Assembly: GCA_964632135.1 (NCBI GenBank)
Contig: CAZWEI010000002.1
Span: 1 to 61,713, forward strand
Origin: Candidatus Micrarchaeota archaeon
GTDB taxonomy: Archaea > Micrarchaeota > Micrarchaeia > Burarchaeales > JBFMAP01
Direction: 5' to 3'
DNA length: 61,713 nucleotides
Shown: one piece after another, positions 33,633-42,711 of the stretch
How positions within the stretch are numbered: position 1 is the first letter of the stretch
Layout of the letters: every line of letters begins with the position of its first letter
Notes under the pieces: model-generated
What the model was told of the DNA's origin: nothing
Seen by the model: only the letters and a program-made list of their open reading frames with translations
Databases searched by the model: none
Made by a program: the position numbers and the translations under genes

Positions 33633-34253
33633 TTATTCAGAAAAGTAGCTTGGCGAATGCGCGCGCGGCGTGTTGTCGTACTGGTGCCGAGGAGGGAAAT
33701 CATCAAAACCAAATGCGTTTTTCGGTGGCTTCCAGCGACCATAAATCTCATTCAAATCGCGCGAGCCTCCTCCCCCAACCTCCGCGCTTTTAGGCACAAC
33801 GCTGTTGAGAATTTTTACGGCACCCGGTTTCTTTTCACAAATACCTTTGTTGTAGATAAACGTGATATTGGTTGGCGTCGATCCGTCTTTGTTTTTAAAT
33901 GCTTTTTTATCTGCGTCATTCTCTACCAACACAAATATAGGGAGACCTCGCCCCTCTTTATATTTGAGTGCTTTACGAACAAAATTCGCGGGGTAGCCCA
34001 TCACATTAGCCGAAACAATCATAAGATTAATCGCTCCCAGCTCGGTCGATGTCAATCCAAAACCAAACGGCATATCTTCCATGCAACTTCTTACAAAGTA
34101 GGGTTCCAGTTTTCTACCCGTCAATTTCTTAATTTTTCTATATGTTCCTTTGCTACATACGAAAAAAGTTTTGATAGTACCGTCCACAACACCACCCCCA
34201 AGAACAAGTAATATCTTTTGCAGGTGCAAATTTATATTCGTTGCGCGTTTCAA
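33633..34253 (-). CDS. Pseudo-receiver protein (GG-type)
   Basis: KILLVLGGGVVDG, NLMIVSANVMGY (Ser in place of Asp), IFVLVEND and FIYNKG. The stretch looks AT-rich by eye. The start is TTG. Confidence 0.5.
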   Translation of the reverse strand: MKRATNINLHLQKILLVLGGGVVDGTIKTFFVCSKGTYRKIKKLTGRKLEPYFVRSCMEDMPFGFGLTSTELGAINLMIVSANVMGYPANFVRKALKYKEGRGLPIFVLVENDADKKAFKNKDGSTPTNITFIYNKGICEKKPGAVKILNSVVPKSAEVGGGGSRDLNEIYGRWKPPKNAFGFDDFPPRHQYDNTPRAHSPSYFSE

Positions 34254-35551
34254 ACAGTGTAACTCTCCATGTTCTTCGGTATCACCACATCATAACCCAA
34301 ATCCTGCAGTGCGCCCCCCAGCTCCGCGGACTTCTGCGGCTCGCCGTGAACGATGAAGATTTTCTGCAGCCCCTTCACCCCGCGCGCGAGTTCAATCAAC
34401 CCCTTGTGGTCCGAGTGCGCGCTGAACTGCGTCTGCTCCACCTGCATCCTCACATCCACGCTCTCGCCGTCTATGGTGATGCTGCGCGCGCCGTCGAGCA
34501 GTTTTCTCCCGAGCGTTCCTTCAGCCTGATAGCCCACCAGCATCAACTTGTTGCGCGCGTCGCCTGCGAGATGCTTGAGATATTCAAGCACAGGACCGCC
34601 GGTGAGCATTCCGGAAGTGGTGACTATTATCGCGCCCCCTGCCTCGAGGACGTCGCGCTTGTCCTTTGTGCGCGGGGTCTTGAACAGCGGGCTCTTGAAC
34701 GGGTCCTCCTCGCTCATAAGAATTCTTTTCTGAATCTCGTCGCGCGCGTAAATCACATTCTGCCGGTATATCCTGTTCGCCTTTATTATCATCCCGTCAA
34801 CGAAAATTGGAACCTTCTTAATCCCGCCCGAGCGCATGTAACTCTCCAGCACGAGGAGAATCTCCTGCCCGCGCCCCACGGCAAACGAGGGAATCAGCAC
34901 CTTCCCGCCCTTCTTCATCGTCTCGTTTATGCTGTCCGCGAGCGTCTTGGACGCGCTCTTCAGCGAGGGAAGGGTGTCGCTTACCGCGCCGTACGTGCTT
35001 TCAAGTATGAGCACTTCCGCTCCGATGTCCTTCTCCGCAGGGTCCAGAACCCTGCTCTCGCGGAAGTTCGTGTCCGCGCTGTAAAGGAGTTTCTTTGAGC
35101 CTCGCACGAGAATCATCGCGCTCCCCAATATATGCCCCGCGTTGTGAAAAGTAAATTTCATTTTGCCGCCCACTGGCTCGTGGTACTCGATGATTTTGCA
35201 CCTCGCCAGCGCGTGCGCGATGTCGCTGCTGTTGAACTTAGCGCGCCCCTTCTTTATCCTCAAATAATCCGAGAGAAGAAGCTGCATCATGTCGCGCGTG
35301 GGCTTCGTGGCGTAGATGTCCGCGTGGCACCCGCGCCTCATCATGAAAGGGAGATAACCCATGTGGTCAAGGTGCGTGTGGCTGATGAAAATATGCTTTA
35401 CCTTCTTCACGTCCGCGTCGTCGATGAGCGGGTATTCCTCGACCTCGCCGAGTTTTATCCCGCAGTCGAGAAGCGCGTGCTCGCCGTGCTCCTCCACGCC
35501 GATGCAGTTCCTCCCGACCTCGCCTGCGCCCCCAAAAAACATCAATCTCAT
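34250..35551 (-). CDS. Beta-CASP metallo-beta-lactamase-fold ribonuclease (aCPSF2-like, no KH domains)
   Basis: MFFGGAGEVGRNC, the HxHxDH motif FISHTHLDHMGYLP, beta-CASP blocks (ESTYG, FAVGRGQE) and HGEP at the C-terminus. Start set at ATG 35551. Confidence 0.85.
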   Translation of the reverse strand: MRLMFFGGAGEVGRNCIGVEEHGEHALLDCGIKLGEVEEYPLIDDADVKKVKHIFISHTHLDHMGYLPFMMRRGCHADIYATKPTRDMMQLLLSDYLRIKKGRAKFNSSDIAHALARCKIIEYHEPVGGKMKFTFHNAGHILGSAMILVRGSKKLLYSADTNFRESRVLDPAEKDIGAEVLILESTYGAVSDTLPSLKSASKTLADSINETMKKGGKVLIPSFAVGRGQEILLVLESYMRSGGIKKVPIFVDGMIIKANRIYRQNVIYARDEIQKRILMSEEDPFKSPLFKTPRTKDKRDVLEAGGAIIVTTSGMLTGGPVLEYLKHLAGDARNKLMLVGYQAEGTLGRKLLDGARSITIDGESVDVRMQVEQTQFSAHSDHKGLIELARGVKGLQKIFIVHGEPQKSAELGGALQDLGYDVVIPKNMESYTV

Positions 35552-35602
35552 CAAAACAACACCATCACCATTATAAACCACAACGCGCAATATCTTTTCA
35601 AT

Positions 35603-36316
35603 ATGGATACAAGCGGAATAACGAACGCAGTTTATTCGCTCAGCTTTATATTTCTACTCATAGACATCCCGTTCCTTAAAAAGAAAACCAGCGAAAGCGA
35701 GGGCGGAGGGGCGGCAGGCGCGCGCGCAGGGGAAAAGGAGATGCCGGAGCCGTGCGCCGACCACGAGCTCAGCATCGCCGTGTACAAAAAAATACTCGCG
35801 AGGTACCACGAGCAGATTGAGAAGAACGAGTACAAGACCATCTCCGAACTGCGCGCGCTCGTGAATCCGAACAACCCAGCAATTCAGAAAATAAGCGCGG
35901 AAATACGGGAGGAATTTCATCCATACATTTACGATAATAATTTTCTCGAGGCGGCGGGAAAGGCTTACGACTTCATAAAAAACGACATCAAAAACGTAGA
36001 GCTCCCGATTGATTTCTGGCTCGCGCCGGAGGAAATTCTCGAACTGCGCGCCGCCGATGAGACGGACAAGGCGATATTCCTGTGCTCGCTGCTCGTCGCG
36101 CTCGACAATGCGGATGCGCGCGTGGTGGTGGAAACGAACGGCGAGCGCCACGTGTTCGCGATATTCGAATTCAAGGAGGGGTTCTATCTGATGGACCCCG
36201 TTCATGACGTGCGGCTCGAGGGCGCGAAGGAGGAGGTCCTGAAAACATATTTCGCAGACCGGGCTGGCAACCGCCTCGTGTACGAGTTCAACGACCGCGT
36301 TTACGAGGAAAAGTGA
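35603..36316 (+). CDS. Transglutaminase-like (Cys-His-Asp) protein
   Basis: This is the 3' part of ORF 35132..36316 from ATG 35603. DKAIFLCSLLVAL...RHVFAIFEF..GFYLMDPVHD gives the Cys, His and Asp in the expected order. Confidence 0.55.
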   Translation: MDTSGITNAVYSLSFIFLLIDIPFLKKKTSESEGGGAAGARAGEKEMPEPCADHELSIAVYKKILARYHEQIEKNEYKTISELRALVNPNNPAIQKISAEIREEFHPYIYDNNFLEAAGKAYDFIKNDIKNVELPIDFWLAPEEILELRAADETDKAIFLCSLLVALDNADARVVVETNGERHVFAIFEFKEGFYLMDPVHDVRLEGAKEEVLKTYFADRAGNRLVYEFNDRVYEEK

Positions 36317-36396
36317 GGGGCGGGCGGGGATAAGCGTTTTAAATCTCATCTACCAATATACTACGCTCCATAGCGGCTACAAGAATGTGATTGAAT

Positions 36397-36561
36397 ATGA
36401 AAATAGACACTAGCAAATGCCTTTACTGCGGCGCGTGCGTGGGCGTTTGCCCCCAGCTCGCGCTCCGCCTGCGCGAGGTCGTCGTCGAGAAAAACGACAG
36501 GTGCAACGAGTGCGGGGTGTGCGCGCGCGCGTGCCCGAACAAGGCGATAACCGTTCCATAA
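36397..36561 (+). CDS. 2x[4Fe-4S] ferredoxin (54 aa, below the ORF-track cut-off)
   Basis: Hand translation gives MKIDTSKCLYCGACVGVCPQLALRLREVVVEKNDRCNECGVCARACPNKAITVP*, which has two CxxCxxCxxxCP motifs. Confidence 0.8.
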   Translation: MKIDTSKCLYCGACVGVCPQLALRLREVVVEKNDRCNECGVCARACPNKAITVP

Positions 36562-36573
36562 ACAGGGGATTTT

Positions 36574-37752
36574 ATGAAGGAAAATTACGACGTCGTGGTT
36601 GTGGGCGCGGGCCCTGCCGGAAGCAGCGCCGCGAAAACCGCGGCGAAGAATGGGATGAGCGTCGCGCTCCTCGAGAGGAGGAAGGAGATAGGCGCGCCCG
36701 TCCGGTGCGGCGAGGGCGTGGGGCTCCACTGGATTCAGCAGTTTGGAATGAACGTCAGCGACAAGGCGATATCCGCGCGAATAAACGGCGCAATCTTGTA
36801 CGCGCCTGACTTGAAGCACAGCGCGACCATACGCAACGAGCAGACGAAGGGCGTCGTCGTTGACAGAAAAGTTTTCGACAAGGAGCTGGCGATTGACGCG
36901 GGGCGCGCGGGCGCGGAAGTTTATGTCAAGACCGACGTCGTCGACGTGCTGAAGAACGATGGGAAAATTTCGGGCGTGAGGGCGCGAACAGACGGCGAGA
37001 ATATTGATGTTTTTGGAAAGGTCGTGATTGCAGCGGACGGCGGCGAATCCATCATTTCACGACTCGCGGGCCTGAACACGCTCGCGACTCTTTATGATAC
37101 TGATTTTGGAATCGAGTACGAGATGGCGAACGTCGACTGCACTGATTTGATTGAAATTTATTTCGGGAGGGAGTGGGCTGCCAGGGGGTATGCGTGGATT
37201 TTTCCAAAGGGAAAAGACGTCGCGAACGTGGGCGTTGGAATCGGGGGGATGGAGAAAGGGAATGCCGTCGAATACCTGAACAAATTCCTGAAACTGCCGA
37301 GGTTCGCGCGCGCCCAGCCGGTTGCAGTCAAGGCCGGGTTGATTCCAGTAGGCTCTGCGGTCAAGAAAATGGTCTTGGACAATTTCATGGTCGTCGGGAC
37401 CGCGGCGCACCAGGTTGACCCGATTCACGGTGGAGGAATCTGCCTCGCGATGGAGGCAGGCGTGCTCGCTGGCGAGGTCGCCGCTGACGCGGTGAGGAAA
37501 GGCGACACTGGCGAGAAAAGCCTTTCCGCCTACGAGAAAAGGTGGCGCGAGAAGGAGGAGAGGAAACTCGCGAAAAGGCTCCTCCTCCGCAAGGCGCTCG
37601 AGAAACTGAACGACGACGACTTGAACGCGATATTCGAATCTCTTGATGACAAGGACATAGAAAACCTGCTCGGGGGGAAATTCGCGCCGGTCGTGAAGAA
37701 AGTCCTTTCGCGCAGGCCGCAGTTGCTGAAGGTGGTGAGCGCGCTCGTTTAG
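36574..37752 (+). CDS. Geranylgeranyl reductase (digeranylgeranylglycerophospholipid reductase family)
   Basis: YDVVVVGAGPAGSSAAKTAAKNG (FAD dinucleotide fold), RCGEG, YAWIFPKG, and GTAAHQVDPIHGGGI. Confidence 0.9.
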   Translation: MKENYDVVVVGAGPAGSSAAKTAAKNGMSVALLERRKEIGAPVRCGEGVGLHWIQQFGMNVSDKAISARINGAILYAPDLKHSATIRNEQTKGVVVDRKVFDKELAIDAGRAGAEVYVKTDVVDVLKNDGKISGVRARTDGENIDVFGKVVIAADGGESIISRLAGLNTLATLYDTDFGIEYEMANVDCTDLIEIYFGREWAARGYAWIFPKGKDVANVGVGIGGMEKGNAVEYLNKFLKLPRFARAQPVAVKAGLIPVGSAVKKMVLDNFMVVGTAAHQVDPIHGGGICLAMEAGVLAGEVAADAVRKGDTGEKSLSAYEKRWREKEERKLAKRLLLRKALEKLNDDDLNAIFESLDDKDIENLLGGKFAPVVKKVLSRRPQLLKVVSALV

Positions 37753-37782
37753 GCGCGCACGGCGGTGCAGCGGGGTAGCGAT

Positions 37783-38535
37783 ATGACTGTTGAACAGCAT
37801 CTTAACAGGCGGGTAATGCTTGTCTGGGCGTTTCCGGTGATCTCAATCGTAGCGGCGCTCATATTCGTCGGCTCGCTGTACTATTTCCTGACGCCGGAGG
37901 AGACGGTCTTCTTCGGGTTCCCGGGAAGGCTCGTGGTGATGGCGACGGTCCTCGTACTCTCGCTGCTTCTCGTGATAATTTTCGGTTTGTGGGTGCTGGT
38001 TTCATACAGGCTTTTCACGTTCACCCTCAGCGACAACGAGATAATACTCCGCTACGGCGTGCTCACGCGGCATCGCGCCGTAATCCCGTACGAGCGTATT
38101 CAGAACATAAACACCATACGAAACCCGGTTGAGCGGCTGCTCGGGCTCGTCTCGCTGAAATTCGAGACCGCGGGCGCGGAACTCAGCGTGACAGAGGGCG
38201 TCCTCCCGGGCATCGCGTACAGGCGCGCGATTGACGTGATAGAAGCGATAATGGCAAGGAAGGCAGGAATAACCGCGGGCGCGCGCAAGCCCGAGCAGCA
38301 GAAGACAGAACTGCCGACTGCGACGCTCGGGGCGATTTTCGAGGAACTGCGCGCGATACGAGGACTCCTCGAGAGGGGGCAGGGCAGGACTGGCGGAGGC
38401 GGGTTCGGCGAGCGCTCCTCGCAGATGCAGGCTCCCCCGCGCGAAAGTTTCGCCGAGCCGTCCCACGACCAGATACAGCGCGAGGTCGAGAGGCAGATCG
38501 AGGAATTGAGAACGAGGAAGAAAAGAGGAAAATGA
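37783..38535 (+). CDS. Membrane protein with bacterial-PH (YdbS/YdbT-like, DUF304) domain
   Basis: Two TM spans are followed by YRLFTFTLSDNEIILRYGVLTRHRAVIPYERIQNINTIRNPVERLLGLVSLKFETAG. Confidence 0.7.
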   Translation: MTVEQHLNRRVMLVWAFPVISIVAALIFVGSLYYFLTPEETVFFGFPGRLVVMATVLVLSLLLVIIFGLWVLVSYRLFTFTLSDNEIILRYGVLTRHRAVIPYERIQNINTIRNPVERLLGLVSLKFETAGAELSVTEGVLPGIAYRRAIDVIEAIMARKAGITAGARKPEQQKTELPTATLGAIFEELRAIRGLLERGQGRTGGGGFGERSSQMQAPPRESFAEPSHDQIQREVERQIEELRTRKKRGK

Positions 38536-38550
38536 TATCGAGGTGCATTT

Positions 38551-38733
38551 ATGACAAACACAACCGATCTTAACAAATACGAGAAGGCGAGGGTTCTTGG
38601 CGCAAGGGCGCTCCAGCTCGCAAGCGGCGCGCCGCCGCTCGTCGAAATAAAGGGCGGGGTGCTGAACCCGATAAAAATATCCTTCGAGGAGTTCCAGCGC
38701 GGCATCATCCCGCTCGTCGTCATGCGGGAATGA
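38551..38733 (+). CDS. rpoK: DNA-directed RNA polymerase subunit K (Rpo6)
   Basis: LNKYEKARVLGARALQLASGAPPLV...NPIKISFEEFQRGIIPL. It encodes 60 aa. Confidence 0.85.
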   Translation: MTNTTDLNKYEKARVLGARALQLASGAPPLVEIKGGVLNPIKISFEEFQRGIIPLVVMRE

Positions 38734-38748
38734 GGGATAAACGAGGGA

Positions 38749-39504
38749 CTAAACTTTTTTCGTGACGTTGAACGGCGCGCTAACGAGTTCCACCTCCGCG
38801 CCTTCTGCCGAAGCATAGAGAAGGACCCTCTTATCAACGTCGATCCATTCGATGGCTTCAGCGCTCGCCCGCTCCGTGCCCTCCTCAACCACGCGCGACA
38901 CAATCCTAACCTTGAACGCGCGCCTTCCTTTCATCTCCTCAATTTTTTCAACAGAATAATCCGAGACTAGCGTGCGTCTGAGGTTCATAATGAGCGCGCT
39001 CGTGGTCGTGGTTATGTTCTGCTGCCAGGTCCATCCCTCCCCGAGTGCGAGCATCCATGGCTGGAAAAAGACCACGCCCATACTGGTCAACTGCGTCTGC
39101 TCGGTAAGCGCGAGGCTCTCGTTCCCGATTCTCACGCTCGCGTCCTTCGCCTCGCCAGTGCGCGCGTCCAGGCATAACTCATAGAAATTCCCAGACGCAT
39201 CGGCGCTCGCGTTCAGGCTGCGCGCGTGCATGCCCACGCAATTCTCGCCTTGAAAAACCGAGTACTCGTCCTCGCGATAGAGACTGTCCAGCCTCGTCCC
39301 GTAAACATACCTCTCTCCAGGCAGCAGCCTCACCTCGCTGTTTTTTTCAAGCGGCGCAGAGCTGATCTCGTTGCGCACGCTGACTCCTGAGAAAAAGAAT
39401 AGCGCTGCAACGACGAAAAACGCCACGAGGCACGCGAGCAGGATTATCTGCCAGTCCCCGAGCGCCACCTGCCTCCCGAAAATTTTGAAGACCCTAACCG
39501 TCAT
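38749..39504 (-). CDS. Membrane-anchored extracytoplasmic protein (hypothetical)
   Basis: ATG 39504 lies 5 nt after AGGTGG. It has an N-terminal TM (IILLACLVAFFVVAALFFF) and overlaps the upstream gene end by 11 nt. Confidence 0.6.
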   Translation of the reverse strand: MTVRVFKIFGRQVALGDWQIILLACLVAFFVVAALFFFSGVSVRNEISSAPLEKNSEVRLLPGERYVYGTRLDSLYREDEYSVFQGENCVGMHARSLNASADASGNFYELCLDARTGEAKDASVRIGNESLALTEQTQLTSMGVVFFQPWMLALGEGWTWQQNITTTTSALIMNLRRTLVSDYSVEKIEEMKGRRAFKVRIVSRVVEEGTERASAEAIEWIDVDKRVLLYASAEGAEVELVSAPFNVTKKV

Positions 39505-40039
39505 CCCTTCCACCTGTTAAACGTCCAACCGGAACCGTGGTTGCCTCGCCGGCATGGCGCACGAAACTCACCAGCCGCGGGCATATCAAAAACACGAACG
39601 TGCAGTTCCCTGCCAAATGCAGCATGGTGAACGGGATCTGCCCAAGGACCGCAGCCCATAGCGGCATGCCGAACTGCAGCGAAAACCCAAGCATCGTCAG
39701 CAGGTCGTAAACTATCGTGAGCATTGCCGCGATGAGCGTCATCTCCGTCCTGCTATACTTTTTCCCACGCATCCCCAAAACGCCGGCGAGGAGGCCCACG
39801 ACCCCATACGACGGCGCGGTATAAAGGCTCCAGGGACCGACGAAGGCCATATAAACATCATACGCAAACCGCGCCAGACAGCCAACGAAAAAGCCGGAAA
39901 CCGGCCCGAAAACAAGCCCTGCGCAGAGCACAAACGGCATGAGCAGCTCTATGTTCGGCGGCGCGCCGAGCGCCTTCACAAAGACCCCGCTTGAAACCGC
40001 GACAGCCAAAAGGCCGAACGCCACGATATGCCTGTTCAT
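39494..40039 (-). CDS. Polytopic membrane protein (ECF-transporter S-component-like by composition; uncertain)
   Basis: About 181 aa with 5-6 hydrophobic spans. Start set at ATG 40039. Confidence 0.5.
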   Translation of the reverse strand: MNRHIVAFGLLAVAVSSGVFVKALGAPPNIELLMPFVLCAGLVFGPVSGFFVGCLARFAYDVYMAFVGPWSLYTAPSYGVVGLLAGVLGMRGKKYSRTEMTLIAAMLTIVYDLLTMLGFSLQFGMPLWAAVLGQIPFTMLHLAGNCTFVFLICPRLVSFVRHAGEATTVPVGRLTGGRDDG

Positions 40040-40110
40040 TGCCACCACCCATCAGTATTCTGCTATCAATTTAAAAACCATGCGCTGAACTGCTCTGTAG
40101 AAAACCTTGC

Positions 40111-40268
40111 GAGCGCAGCCACGCCGCGGCAACTGCGCTCCAATTTTTGCCTCGAGGCAAAAATGGACCATTTGCGGTGAAGCCGCAAATTGGTCGAGCG
40201 CAGTTGGTCCGCCTCGAAGCGGACCTGCCCGTTCGAACGGGCAGCCGCGTGTTGGCGGCGGCTGCGCT
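40111..40268. repeat. Nested multi-hairpin block containing palindromic element copy d
   Basis: Outer stem GAGCGCAGCC/GGCTGCGCT. Inner perfect 10-bp stem AACTGCGCTC/GAGCGCAGTT encloses CCAATTTTTGCC-tcga-GGCAAAAATGG and CCATTTGCGG-tgaa-CCGCAAATTGG (40140-40193). Three more hairpins follow: GGTCCGC-ctcgaa-GCGGACC, TGCCCG-ttcgaa-CGGGCA and GCCGC-gtgttg-GCGGC. Confidence 0.8.
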
Positions 40269-40320
40269 ATTGGGCATTTCTACCGAGCACGCTGAACGAT
40301 AACTATAAATACAAGAGAGT

Positions 40321-40361
40321 GAATAAAATAATACTTATTCTACAAACGACAGAGGGAGAAT
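40321..40361 (+). promoter_or_regulatory. Shared promoter/5'UTR module (variant)
   Basis: gaataaaataatacttattctacaaacgacagagggagaat precedes ATG 40362. Confidence 0.4.
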
Positions 40362-41708
40362 ATGGGGGGACATCCTGCGGTCGTGGCCGCGCTCCTGATA
40401 CTTGTCTGCGTCTTCGTAAACAGCGCGAGCGCCATCTCCCTGTATGCGAGTTCCGGCCCGTACCCGGCGGACTGTCCGATAATAATCAAGGGCGAGCCAG
40501 GCAGCACGATCAGCATATACTCGATGAAGGACGAGTACATCGGGAACTGCATCATCCCGTTCTACTCCGATTACTGTGTGTTCAGCCTGAACGAAAAATA
40601 CGGCGACGGCGCATATAGGATAACCGACGGAAGCTCGCATCTGTTCATCTCATTCTCAAAAAGCGCTCCTTGCCTGAACTGTTTCATCGACGATAAGCCC
40701 TACCCGCGGGGCATGGAAAGCCCGTCGAATCCAAACGAGTTCTGCGATGTTTCCTCGCCCTGGGCCTGGAGCACAAGGCCGCTTGCCGGCGTCGTCGTTT
40801 CGCCAGCCTCGATAACAGTCGGCCAGAACCAGATGTACATTTTCAGGGCCTATGGCTTCGACGTCAACAACAACACGGTTCAAATAGCGCCGGAGTGGAA
40901 AAGCGGCAATCCGCAGGTAGGCGAAATAAATTCGCACGGCGCATTCACCGCAAAAACCAGCGGCACAGCCATCATAACCGCGACGTACAACGGCCTTTCC
41001 GCGAATTCCAGCGTCGAAGTCGTCGTGATAGCGCGGCCAGACTATGAAAAAATCCTGTCCCTGAGCGCCCCGGGCGCTGCCCGATTCGGCGACACACTGC
41101 TGGTGCGCGTATCGAGACTCGACGGCGCGCCGTTTGCCAACAAGACCGTGACGATACTCACCCCGAACCAGGATATCACCCTGAACGCACTAACCGACGA
41201 AGATGGGCGGTTCGTTTTCAAGGTTCCAGAGCCCGGCGTCTACACGTACGAGGTTCAGGGTTATTCATTTGAAAAAACCGTTTCGACATTTGTGGAGGAG
41301 CAGCCTCCTACCGCGTGCCAGGTCTGCGCGAACGCGACATGCCCGAACCAGACAAACGCGTGCCAGGCGCAGCAACTCCAGCAACAGCCGCAGCAGCCGA
41401 TAACCTCGCGGATTACCGCTTATTTCGGAAGGATGAGCGGCTATGCGCCGGTCGCCATGGCGGTCATCATCCTGCTCGCGTTCGTTTTCGGCTATCTGCT
41501 TTTCGTAAGATACCGCGGCAGCAAGGCAGAAGCGGAATCCTCGCAATTTGAAGGGCTCTCCCCCGAAAAAGGCGAGGAAACAAAGATATGGACGGTTGAT
41601 GACTTTGAAACGCCGCCGCTCTACGCGCCTCCGAAAACGCTGGCCGCGCCGCATTCTGCAAAAACGAAAAAGGCCAAGCGCGCAACAAAAGGCAAGCCTA
41701 GGCGTTGA
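40362..41708 (+). CDS. Surface protein with Big_2 (Ig-like) and carboxypeptidase-regulatory-like domains, a C-terminal TM and a Lys-rich tail
   Basis: Signal peptide; a Big_2 pattern (VVVSPASITVGQNQ...AFTAKTSGTAIITATYNGLSANSSVEVV); NKTVTILTPNQ...TDEDGRFVFKVPEPGVYTYEV; a Q-rich linker; and the TM AMAVIILLAFVFGYLLFV. Confidence 0.7.
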   Translation: MGGHPAVVAALLILVCVFVNSASAISLYASSGPYPADCPIIIKGEPGSTISIYSMKDEYIGNCIIPFYSDYCVFSLNEKYGDGAYRITDGSSHLFISFSKSAPCLNCFIDDKPYPRGMESPSNPNEFCDVSSPWAWSTRPLAGVVVSPASITVGQNQMYIFRAYGFDVNNNTVQIAPEWKSGNPQVGEINSHGAFTAKTSGTAIITATYNGLSANSSVEVVVIARPDYEKILSLSAPGAARFGDTLLVRVSRLDGAPFANKTVTILTPNQDITLNALTDEDGRFVFKVPEPGVYTYEVQGYSFEKTVSTFVEEQPPTACQVCANATCPNQTNACQAQQLQQQPQQPITSRITAYFGRMSGYAPVAMAVIILLAFVFGYLLFVRYRGSKAEAESSQFEGLSPEKGEETKIWTVDDFETPPLYAPPKTLAAPHSAKTKKAKRATKGKPRR

Positions 41709-41713
41709 ACGCA

Positions 41714-42643
41714 TTACTGTTGCGCGCCCCTGATCCAGAACCCGACCCAAAGCGGCGCTGTCGCCTCCTCGTCCGTTTTCTCTCTTTCCGCAACTGGCGA
41801 CCATCCAAATGCCGTGTTGCCGCGCCCCGTCACTTCCTCACTGCTTTTTCCGTCCGGCGCGCCCTCGTCCTTGCATTCGGAAACATAGAATGTCCTGCTC
41901 CACGGCACGTAATCGCTTTTTTCAACCTCGATCTCGTACTTTCCAGGTGCTCGCGGAACGAACTGCGCGTCTCCCTCGCCATCCGTGTAAACCACATCTT
42001 CCACGACCCACCACAAATCCTGGTGCAAAACGCCAATTCTTGCGCCGAGTATCACACGCAAATCGCGCGTTATGCTCGGCGCCCAGACGCGCTCTCCGGT
42101 ATCCTGGGTCACCGAAACGTTTACGGTTTTGTTCGTGCAGTTCCCGCTGACGTTAGCGCTGAAATGTTTTATCCTGCCCCTGCCCTCCTGCGCAGTGGTT
42201 TGGGACTGGCAGATGCTGCCAAACGAGTAGAGCGGGGGCTGCGGTGGGGGACTCAAATTCCAGTCTATATACTTGAACCCAATCACGTCCCCGTCCCTGA
42301 CTTCATACGCGCCAACGCCGACCGGCGCGTGCGCCCACGCCCCGCCTTCGACATATGAAAACCCCCAGTAATACGGGCTGTTGCAGCCAAAGCAGTTGTC
42401 AGTCCCGCACCCGACGGCGCCTATCTTGCAAAGTGCCTTGCCCCACATGGGATCGTCCAGCATGACCGCGCCAAAACCAGAATTCTGGATTATGTCAGCA
42501 GCGCTCGCGCTGCCGGAATAATCGACGCATTTCGTCACCACGTTCGCGTCGTCAAAAGACACCACCAGGGCGGCCCTGCCGCCGCCGACCAGCGCCGCGG
42601 CGGACACAACGCAGAGCAGCGCAGCCAGCATCCATTTTTTCAA
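41714..42643 (-). CDS. Secreted DUF4430-like protein with a C-terminal beta-sandwich domain
   Basis: Signal peptide. YWGFSYVEGGAWAHAPVGVGAYEVRDGDVIGFKY matches the DUF4430 (transcobalamin-like) hallmark. DGEGDAQFVPRAPGKYEIEVEKSDY is PEGA/CarbopepD_reg-like. Confidence 0.6.
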   Translation of the reverse strand: MKKWMLAALLCVVSAAALVGGGRAALVVSFDDANVVTKCVDYSGSASAADIIQNSGFGAVMLDDPMWGKALCKIGAVGCGTDNCFGCNSPYYWGFSYVEGGAWAHAPVGVGAYEVRDGDVIGFKYIDWNLSPPPQPPLYSFGSICQSQTTAQEGRGRIKHFSANVSGNCTNKTVNVSVTQDTGERVWAPSITRDLRVILGARIGVLHQDLWWVVEDVVYTDGEGDAQFVPRAPGKYEIEVEKSDYVPWSRTFYVSECKDEGAPDGKSSEEVTGRGNTAFGWSPVAEREKTDEEATAPLWVGFWIRGAQQ

Positions 42644-42711
42644 ATAAACGCACCCTTGCCTTGTGGATGCGCTGACAACTTTATAAACCTGCCGCGGTTC
42701 ATAAATAAAAC

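Noticed and set aside
35132-35602. The 5' part of the 394-aa ORF 35132..36316.
   Set aside because: This part is antisense to the beta-CASP RNase gene. The recognisable transglutaminase-like protein starts at ATG 35603, after the divergent gene ends.
37057-38903. Long minus-strand ORFs at 37057..37800 and 38100..38903. The same applies to 54627..55331, 55103..55588, 57813..58418 and 59645..60232.
   Set aside because: All are antisense to genes with strong family signatures (GGR, the bPH membrane protein, UbiD-like, IPK/CaCA and the helical paralogs). They are treated as shadow ORFs.
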